Origin: Microcoleus sp.
Lineage (GTDB): Bacteria; Cyanobacteriota; Cyanobacteriia; Cyanobacteriales; Microcoleaceae
Length of the DNA: 64,000 bases
Reading direction: 5' to 3'
Assembly: GCA_042408215.1 (NCBI GenBank)
Contig: JAYFMW010000005.1
Coordinates: 608,001-672,000 of the forward strand
Both the position numbers and the translations under genes were made by a program. Positions 18,797 through 27,287 of the stretch are shown in pieces (within the stretch, counting starts at the first letter, position 1; each line of letters opens with the position of its first letter). Below the pieces are notes generated by a model, which was given only the letters and a program-made list of their open reading frames with translations, searched no databases and was not told where the DNA came from.

Positions 18797-21700
18797 ATGG
18801 TCTGGCATTCAAAAGGCTTCAAAATCCGCAAGAATACAGGGGTTGAGAAATCGCCCCCAAAAACTCGCCGCCCACGAAAGACATTCATCCTGGAACGAAT
18901 TATCACCCCCAGCGCCCTAGTTCCTGGTGGTGTGGATGACCATGACGCGCTGCATCAGATTCTCAACTCTCTATCGCTGCTCAGTTTTGACTTTTCAGAC
19001 TGGGCCCAAAAATTTCATCACGCGACCAACTTACACTTATTTGCAGATAGCGGTGCGGGTACTTGCCCAACTTCCCCCGATGGCGACTTGCCACCAATTA
19101 TTGACTTTGACCCCTTGGGCTTGTACTCTCCCCCACAACCGACACTCTTAGCCCAACATTCAAGGAGCCTTTGATACCCTACCGCCCCCAATTATACTGC
19201 CCGTAGATCCGCCTGGAACCAATAACAAAGTACCTACAGACTTAGGTGGCGCTTACAAATTTACAGGCCTAACGGCATCAGGTAATAACGATGCAGGTTC
19301 AGCGAACCAATACACCTTTGGCATTGCTAGTTCCGAACTCAATTCCACAGATTCAGACACCGTACTTGTGGGAGTTTCAGTAGCCTCAAAAGATAATCAA
19401 GGACTACCTGAACTACCAGAAATAGGTGGACTCACACCAATTCTCACATCAACCAATACAAATAGTACCTATTCCCTATTTTCCATCAATCGTTCAGGCT
19501 TAAACCTGCTTAACTTCAACAGTGCATTGAGTAGCGCATACACTCTCAAACTAAACGTAGCAGGCGATATCAACAGCGACGGCCGAATTGATACAACAGA
19601 CAGACAACTCCTAAACAACGCTCTAGGCAGCACAGCAACAGACCCCAATTATACAATTAACCTAGACCTCAACCGCGATGGAATCATCAACTCAGTAGAC
19701 CAAACTCTCCTCAACAACAACTTCGGCTTCATCACCAACAAACCACCAGTCACCTCCCCATTCTCAACCAACACCCATGCAGAATTAGAAACAATCATAC
19801 CCTTAATCGGTAAAGCAACAGACCCCGAAAACTACCCCATCTCCTACAACACGCTCAACCCAATTAACGGTACGGTAAAGTTCGATCCCATTACCAAAAC
19901 AGCAACCTTCAAGCCTACTCCGGGATTCTCAGGCATCGCCAGCTTTGACTTCATAGCTAGCGATGGTTATAACAGAGGAGTACCAGCAAAAGTAACAGTC
20001 AACGTCAGCGGAGCCCCGCTACTTTCCTTAGACTTCGCCAATCGCAACCCTCAGCTTTATCCAGGAGACAATACAAAATTAGTTGTGCTCGGAGACTTCG
20101 CCGACCAAAAAGGCGTAGTGCTGCCAGATTCTTACTTAACATACACATCATTAAATCCAGAAATAGCACCCATTGACGCTTTTGGAAAAATCACAGGATT
20201 AGCCAACGGAACCTCAATTTTTACAGCCTCCCACAATAACATTCAAGCCGTAACAGCAGCACGAGTAGGCGAAATGCCAATTCCTGCCAACGATGACGAG
20301 TGGAATGCGCTACTTGCAGAGATTTACGGTTTGGATGTTTACCCAAAAGCAGTAACATTAACAACAGGAGTAAAGCGCTCGTTACTGGTAGGAATTCAAG
20401 GACTTACCGACTCTCCAGACCTCAAATTCGGCTCTACCGGAACTCGCTACTTCGTCAGCAACCCCAATGTATTGCAAGTAAATTCAGACGGCGTAATTAC
20501 TGCTGTAGGTGAAGGAATTGCCAACGTCACCGTCATCGATGGAGCAGCAGAAAAAGTAGTTCCAGTGCGCGTAGAAAAGCCTTTGATAGGCCCTGCTACT
20601 TTAGGAGTTGATGGCGGAGTAGTACAAGGCAGCGACGGCTCAAAAGTAATGGTAGCTCCTACTGCCTTAACTCAAGATACAACAGTTAACATCACGTCGT
20701 TAAGCCGTGAAAGCTTGTCCCTGCCAATCCCAGCGGGATTTGAATTTGCCGGGGCCTTCAATCTGGACTTTAGCGGCGATAAAATGAATCAGCCCGCTCA
20801 ATTAGCCATTCCAGCACCATCGGGATTAGCAGTGGGGACTAAAGTGTACTTTATGCGAAAAGGGGCAATTCCCGATGAAACGGGTACTCCTAATCCCATG
20901 TGGCTGCAAGAAGAATCAGGCATCGTCGGCTCAGACGGCTTCATCCGCACCCAATCCCCACCCTATCCAGGTATAGTCAAACCAGGCGAATACATGGTAG
21001 CCTACGCCAACCCCGCTAATAGCGCTACCTTGGTCAAGGGTCAACTCACTTATGATTTTCCACTAGCGTTTTTGGGCATCATTGACCCCTTTGGAAATAT
21101 TGGTCAGTTATTAGAACCTGATAGCTTTGCCGCTACCCCGGCTTTTACAGTTTCCCATAAGATTTCTTCAGTCAAGGTAATTGCAGTTCCCAAGGAAGGA
21201 CTACCTATAGTGACTGAGTTGAAAGTCGAACCAAACGCGGAAGGGATTGCTACCTTTGAGGGGGATTTAACTCAGGCAAACTCAGGCTCTGGTGGCAGTG
21301 GTGGCGGTGCCTGGCCTCCTCCAAATATGGGTTCTTATTGGTTTTCTTACAATGGGTCGTTGAAGAAAACATCAGCAGAAAGACGGGCAATGTTTAAAAA
21401 CATTCTCGAAAATCCTTCGATCAAAAAAGTTTACTTGAATGTGTTATCGGCCTTTGGAGTTACTTTTAAACCGAGCGATACAACCGAGTTGCATCCTTCT
21501 GATATTGTTAACATGATTTCAAGTTTACAAGGGGAGGATATATTCACAGAATTTCAGCAGGAAATCCAGAAATACAATAAAGCTCACCCAAACAACCCAA
21601 GCCAGATTCAGGTAGTAGGCTGGTTCGAGGGAACAGGAATAGGCCGGAGCGGTAGTACACTTTTTGAGACAGCGGCTGATGCCAAGTATAGTAAGGCTGG

Positions 21701-22439
21701 CGCACAAAACTATAATGCCGTGCTGAAAAAAACAACTGATGGTGTAAATACCCTCGATTTACTCCATCCAGATGTCCATAATAAGTTAAAAGAAATAGTA
21801 TCCGACTTTTTGAAAAAGCATCGGGATGTTGTAAGTAGTATTATTTTTGACGATCGCTATGGAATTTTCAAGGATGCGATGTCGGAAATAGCAGCTCGGT
21901 ATGACATTCCTAATGGTTATCCAAACGGTCAGACTGCGTGGATTCGCGATCGACTCACCAACAACCTCAAAGATATCAAGAATACCGTAGCTAGTTTTGG
22001 TACAAAGCTGAGTATCTCAAGTCATAAATTTTCTTGGGCTGCGGACAAAAATAATCAAGATTTAGCCAGGTGGCTCCAAGAGGGAATTATTGATGGAGAA
22101 TACAACTTCCAACTTTATAAAAATGGTGCTCAATATCAAAGCTTTATTCAGGAATATAACGCTAATATGCAGTTGGCAAGCACAGTTTTATCAAAAAACA
22201 AAACTGGTGTTATCCCATCGCTGTCTGTAAGTCTTGGTTACACGGCAGGGAGGGATGAAGAGGGCAAGCCTATTTTATTGAGTAAAGAAGATATTAAGAA
22301 ACAAGTAAACTATATTATCACTAGAATCCCTAAAAAAGGAGAGAATTTTCCAGTCCTTAATAGCGAAAATATTTTAGGATTTGACTACGGCAACCTTGTT
22401 ACGAAGGTTCCACCAGATCAAACCCCAAAACTAGCATGA
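18797..22439 (+). CDS. Large secreted multidomain protein, putative polymorphic-toxin head gene (leader, dockerin, Ig-like repeats, ZU5-like region, GHL10/DigH-like C-terminal domain); +1 frameshift near 19152
   Basis: ORFs 18797-19174 and 19152(open)-22439 join on removal of one C in gcccaac; dockerin-like GDINSDGRIDTTD/LDLNRDGIINSVD; Gly linker at ~21281; tail motifs LHPDVH, IIFDDRYG and QDLARWLQEGIID. Confidence 0.75.
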
Positions 22440-23983
22440 AATCAAAAACTACTATGCCTAAATATAAAATTAGCCTCTTCCTGAGTCTCTGTTCAGTTTG
22501 TTTCCTGTTGTTAATTGGTCAACCTACCATGTCTACTACTTCTTTTCAAAATACCGAATCGAAAACTGTCTACAAGTATGGCTTCATTAACAAGAAAGGT
22601 CAGTATGTAGTTCCACCTCAATTTGATACAACATTTTATAGTTTTTCCGAAGGGCTAGCCGTAGTAGAGAGAGAAGGGGAACATGGATATGTAGACCAAA
22701 CAGGAAAAATTGTTATCCCCCTTAAATGTGAAAGTGTTACTTGGAATTTTTCAGAAGGATTGGCTAGAGCGATACTCAAGCGTGGCGACAAGATAGGTTA
22801 TATTGACAAGACAGGTAATTATGTCATCCCACCTCAATTCGATGATGCAGAAGATTTTGCGGGAGGACTAGCAGTCGTCAAAATCAAGGATAAACATGGC
22901 TACGATCAATATGGCTACATTGACAAAAAAGGTAAGTATGTAATTCAACCTCAATTTGATTATGCTACTAGATTTAATCTAGGTCTAGCTTTAGTAGAAA
23001 TTAGGAACGACAAGACTGCTATTAACAAGTATGGCTTAATTGACAAGACAGGCAAATACAGGCTCAAACCTAGTTTCGATTATATTCAAGATCCTGACAG
23101 TCAGGGCATATCTGCTCTTGTTGCTGAATTCAAAGAAGGACTAATGCGAGTTGGTGTAGTGGACGAGTCTTGTCCTAAAAAAAATGACACCTCTGATTAT
23201 GTGAAAAAGAAGTTCGGCTTTATTGACAGGACGGGAAAGATTGTAATCCCCCTCAAATTTGAGAGTGTGGGCGATTTTTATAATGGGCGAGCAGTAGCTT
23301 TATTTCGTACTGGAACCACAGCTAAAAGTTGCGATGCTAAGGGTGGCAAATACGGTTACATAGATAAAACAGGAGAGGTTGTCATTCCCCCTCAATTTGA
23401 TGAGGCTAGCGATTTTTCAGAAGGGTTAGCAGTAGTAACAATGGGGGGAAAATCCGGTTATATCGATGTGTCAGGTAACTTGGTTATTCCTTTTGGTGGT
23501 TCTAAGTTTTCTGAAGGATTGGCTTCTGTAAGAGCTAGCGATAGCAAATTGGTGGGTTATATTGACAAAACGGGTAAATTTGTGATTTCGCCTCGTTTTT
23601 ACAGTGCTTATGAATTTGAGAACGGCTTAGCAGACGTGGAAGCAATGAATGGTAAGAGAGGTTTGATTGACAAAACTGGGAAATATGTAATCGAACCAAA
23701 ATTTGAAACTTACACTACCTTTTCTGAAGGATTGGCAATAGTAGGAGTCCGTGAAAACGGAGAACAAAAATACGGCTATGTTGACCAAACAGGAAAGATA
23801 GTAATAGAGCCTCAATTTGAGAGAGCTGGGTTCTTCGATCAAGGATTGGCAGTAGTAGGGGTGAAAACTGAAGTGAAAATACAAAAAGATTGTGAGAACG
23901 CTGAGTGTAACAACCAGAGTAAGCTTTCTGGGTCTTCACCGTACAAGTCTTGTAAACTGTTGAATTTCATGCGGCGCGGATAG
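22436..23983 (+). CDS. Secreted WG-repeat (KWG) protein 1, candidate immunity protein
   Basis: Signal peptide; repeated YGYIDKTG..VI.PQFD.A..FSEGLA; ATGA overlap with the upstream gene. Confidence 0.9.
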   Translation: MKSKTTMPKYKISLFLSLCSVCFLLLIGQPTMSTTSFQNTESKTVYKYGFINKKGQYVVPPQFDTTFYSFSEGLAVVEREGEHGYVDQTGKIVIPLKCESVTWNFSEGLARAILKRGDKIGYIDKTGNYVIPPQFDDAEDFAGGLAVVKIKDKHGYDQYGYIDKKGKYVIQPQFDYATRFNLGLALVEIRNDKTAINKYGLIDKTGKYRLKPSFDYIQDPDSQGISALVAEFKEGLMRVGVVDESCPKKNDTSDYVKKKFGFIDRTGKIVIPLKFESVGDFYNGRAVALFRTGTTAKSCDAKGGKYGYIDKTGEVVIPPQFDEASDFSEGLAVVTMGGKSGYIDVSGNLVIPFGGSKFSEGLASVRASDSKLVGYIDKTGKFVISPRFYSAYEFENGLADVEAMNGKRGLIDKTGKYVIEPKFETYTTFSEGLAIVGVRENGEQKYGYVDQTGKIVIEPQFERAGFFDQGLAVVGVKTEVKIQKDCENAECNNQSKLSGSSPYKSCKLLNFMRRG

Positions 23984-23994
23984 AAATCTTTGAG

Positions 23995-24113
23995 CTGGAT
24001 GTTTACCCGCAAGCCGTGACTTTAACAACAGGAGTAAAGCGATCGTTACTGGTGGGATAGGTTTTGACTATGGCAATCTTTTAATCAATATTCCTCCCAT
24101 TAAGACCACTTAA
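23995..24113 (+). pseudogene. Internally deleted remnant of a toxin-gene homolog
   Basis: LDVYPQAVTLTTGVKRSLLVG (cf. 20331-20393) fused out of frame to GFDYGNLLINIPPIKTT* (cf. 22376-22439). Confidence 0.8.
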
Positions 24114-24127
24114 TTAAAAAAAATATT

Positions 24128-25657
24128 ATGCAAAAGAAGGCTATTTTCTTTGGTATATGTTTAATTTGTTTCCTGTTGTTAATTGCTCAACCTACAATGT
24201 CTACTACTTACTCCCAAAATACCGAATCAAAAACCGTCTACAAGTATGGCTTCATTAACAAGAAAGGTCAGTATGTAGTTCCACCTCAATTTGATACATT
24301 TTATGGTTTTTCCGAAGGGTTAGCCGTAGTAGAGAGAGAAGGAAAACAAGGATATGTAGACACAACTGGCAAAATTGTTATCCCCTTTAAATTTGAAGGT
24401 GTTACTCATAATTTTTCAGAAGGATTGGCAACAGCGACACTCAAGCGTGACGACAAGATAGGTTATATTGACAAGACAGGTAATTATGTCATCTCCCCCC
24501 AATTTGATGAAGCACGAGATTTTGTAGAAGGACTGGCTGTCGTCAAAATCAAGGATAAATATGGCTACGATAAATATGGCTACATTGACAAAAAAGGTAA
24601 GTATGCAGTTCAACCTCAATTTGATTATGCTACTAGATTTTATCAAGGTCTAGCTCTAGTAGAAATTAGGAACGACAAGACTTCTATTAACAAGTATGGC
24701 TTAATTGACAAGACAGGCAAATACAGGCTCAAACCTAGTTTCGATTATATTCAAGATCCTGACAGTCAGGGCATATCTGCTCTTGTTGCTGAATTCAAAG
24801 AAGGACTAATGCGAGTTGGTGTAGTGGACGAGTCTTGTCCTAAAAAAAATGACACCTCTGATTATGTGAAAAAGAAGTTCGGCTTTATTGACAGGACGGG
24901 AAAGATTGTAATCCCCCTCAAATTTGAGAGTGTGGGCGATTTTTATAATGGGCGAGCAGTAGCTTTATTTCGTACTGGAACCACAGCTAAAACTTGCGAT
25001 GCTAAGGGTGGCAAATACGGTTACATAGATCGAACAGGAGAGGTTGTCATTCCACCTCAATTTGATGAGGCTAGCGATTTCTCAGAAGGGTTAGCAGCCG
25101 TAACAATCGGGAAAAAATCAGGTTATATTGATGTGTCAGGAAAATTTGTAATTAATGAGCCTAAATTTTCAGAAGGATTAGCTATTGTTAGAAGTCGTGA
25201 CAACGGATTATACGGCTATATCAACAAGACAGGTAAATTTGTCATTCCCCCTCGTTTTTCCTTTACTCTTGGCTTTAATAACGGCTGGGCTATCGTGGAA
25301 ATTAACGGTAAGAGAGGTATGATTGACAAGACGGGGAAATATATAATCGAACCAAAGTTTGATAGTGTTACTACATTTTCCGAAGGACTGGCGATAGTAG
25401 GAGTCCATGAAAACGGAGAACAAAAATACGGCTATGTTGACCAAACAGGAAAGATAGTAATAGAGCCTCAATTTGATGAGGCTGGGTTCTTTGAGCAAGG
25501 ATTGGCAGTAGTAAGGGTGAAAATTGAAGTGAAAATACAAAAAGATTGTGAGAACGCTGAGTGTAATAATCAGAGTCAGCCTTCTGGGTCTTCACCGCAC
25601 TTATCCTGTAAGCTAAGGAGTGCGATTAAGGCTTTATTCACCGATACAAAGAAGTGA
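24128..25657 (+). CDS. Secreted WG-repeat protein 2, candidate immunity paralog
   Basis: Paralog of 22436-23983 with a near-identical central block. Confidence 0.9.
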   Translation: MQKKAIFFGICLICFLLLIAQPTMSTTYSQNTESKTVYKYGFINKKGQYVVPPQFDTFYGFSEGLAVVEREGKQGYVDTTGKIVIPFKFEGVTHNFSEGLATATLKRDDKIGYIDKTGNYVISPQFDEARDFVEGLAVVKIKDKYGYDKYGYIDKKGKYAVQPQFDYATRFYQGLALVEIRNDKTSINKYGLIDKTGKYRLKPSFDYIQDPDSQGISALVAEFKEGLMRVGVVDESCPKKNDTSDYVKKKFGFIDRTGKIVIPLKFESVGDFYNGRAVALFRTGTTAKTCDAKGGKYGYIDRTGEVVIPPQFDEASDFSEGLAAVTIGKKSGYIDVSGKFVINEPKFSEGLAIVRSRDNGLYGYINKTGKFVIPPRFSFTLGFNNGWAIVEINGKRGMIDKTGKYIIEPKFDSVTTFSEGLAIVGVHENGEQKYGYVDQTGKIVIEPQFDEAGFFEQGLAVVRVKIEVKIQKDCENAECNNQSQPSGSSPHLSCKLRSAIKALFTDTKK

Positions 25658-25709
25658 GAGGTCATTGTTATAAAGGTTTCACCACATTAGAATACAAAAC
25701 AAAACTAGC

Positions 25710-27278
25710 ATGAGCTCAAAAACTACTATGCCTAAGTATAAAATACTCATCTTTATGAGTATCTTTTTAATTTATTTTTTCTTGTCAATTAGTCAGCCTA
25801 ATATGTTTACTAAATTATCGGAAGATACATATTCAAAAATTTTTTCACAAACTGTATATAAGTATGGATTCATTAACAAGACAGGTAAGTATGTAGTTCC
25901 ACCTCAATTTGATAGCATTGGCGATTTTTCAGAAGGACTGGCATTAGTAATTGTTGGCAATAAAAGTGGCTATATAAACAAAACTGGCCAACTTGTTATC
26001 CCTTTGAAATTTGAAGTTCTCGCTCTTGCTAGGCTATTTTCAGTGGGAAGCGAGAATTTTTCAGAAGGATTTGCAGCAGCTATAAGCGAAACCGAAGGCA
26101 AGTCAGGTTATATTGACAAGAAAGGTAATTATGTCATATCCCCGCAATTTGATGAAACAAAAATTTTTTCAGAAGGACTAGCAGCCGTTAAAATCAACGA
26201 GAAATATGGCTACATTAATAAACAGGGCAATTATGTAATTCAACCTCAATTTGAGTACGCTAGTAATTTTTTAAAAGGTATAGCCATAGTACAACTTTAC
26301 GAAGTAAAAATTAATAACGAAAAAAAATACTACAAGTATGGATTAATTGACAAAAGAGGCAAATACATAGCCAATCCCAAGTTCGATCGTATTAGCGATA
26401 CTGATACTAATCGCAGCTTTACTTCTATTGCTGAATTCAAAGAAGGACTAATGCGGGTTGGTATGGGGGGTGACTATTATCGCATGGTGGGTTACATTAA
26501 TGCGAAGTGGGGTTTTATTGATAGGACGGGAAAGATTGTCATCCCCATTAAGTTTGATGGGGTTAGCAACTTTTCTAATGGGCGGGCATTGGCTTTCTTT
26601 CCTACTGGAACCCCCGACGAAAATGGCTTTATAGTTGGCAAAAGTGGTTACATTGATCGGACAGGAAAGGTTGTTATCTCCCCTCAATTTGACGAGGCTA
26701 GCGATTTCTCAAAAGGGTTAGCAAAAGTAAAAATAGGTGAAAAGTCAAGTTATATCGATTTGTCAGGAAAATTTGTACTCCCTCCTGTTAGTGAGCATAC
26801 ATTTTCAGAAGGGTTAGCCCTTGTTATAAGTCGTGATAACGGATTATACGGATATATTAACAAGACGGGTAAATTTGTCATTCCCCCTCGTTTTTCCTTT
26901 GCTTTTGACTTTGATAACGGCTCGGCCATCGTGGAAATTAACGGTAAGAGAGGTATGATTGACAAGACGGGGAAGTATATAATCGAACCAAAATTTTACA
27001 GTATTACTAAATTTTCCGAAGGGCTGGCGATAGTAAGAGTCGGCGAAGATGGAGAAAAATACGGCTATGTTGACCAAACAGGAAAGATAGTAATAGAGCC
27101 TCAATTCGATTGGGCTGGGTTCTTTGAGCAAGGATTGGCAGTAGTAAGGGTGAAAACAGAAGTGAAGGTACAAAAAGATTGTGAGAACGCTGAGTGTAAT
27201 AATCAGAGTCAGCCTTCTGAACCTTCACCGCACTCATCCTGTAAGCTAATGAGTGCAATTAAAGGGTTTGTTCACTAA
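25710..27278 (+). CDS. Secreted WG-repeat protein 3, candidate immunity paralog
   Basis: Same repeats and the same KDCENAECNNQS C-terminal motif. Confidence 0.9.
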   Translation: MSSKTTMPKYKILIFMSIFLIYFFLSISQPNMFTKLSEDTYSKIFSQTVYKYGFINKTGKYVVPPQFDSIGDFSEGLALVIVGNKSGYINKTGQLVIPLKFEVLALARLFSVGSENFSEGFAAAISETEGKSGYIDKKGNYVISPQFDETKIFSEGLAAVKINEKYGYINKQGNYVIQPQFEYASNFLKGIAIVQLYEVKINNEKKYYKYGLIDKRGKYIANPKFDRISDTDTNRSFTSIAEFKEGLMRVGMGGDYYRMVGYINAKWGFIDRTGKIVIPIKFDGVSNFSNGRALAFFPTGTPDENGFIVGKSGYIDRTGKVVISPQFDEASDFSKGLAKVKIGEKSSYIDLSGKFVLPPVSEHTFSEGLALVISRDNGLYGYINKTGKFVIPPRFSFAFDFDNGSAIVEINGKRGMIDKTGKYIIEPKFYSITKFSEGLAIVRVGEDGEKYGYVDQTGKIVIEPQFDWAGFFEQGLAVVRVKTEVKVQKDCENAECNNQSQPSEPSPHSSCKLMSAIKGFVH

Positions 27279-27287
27279 TACCGTGAG

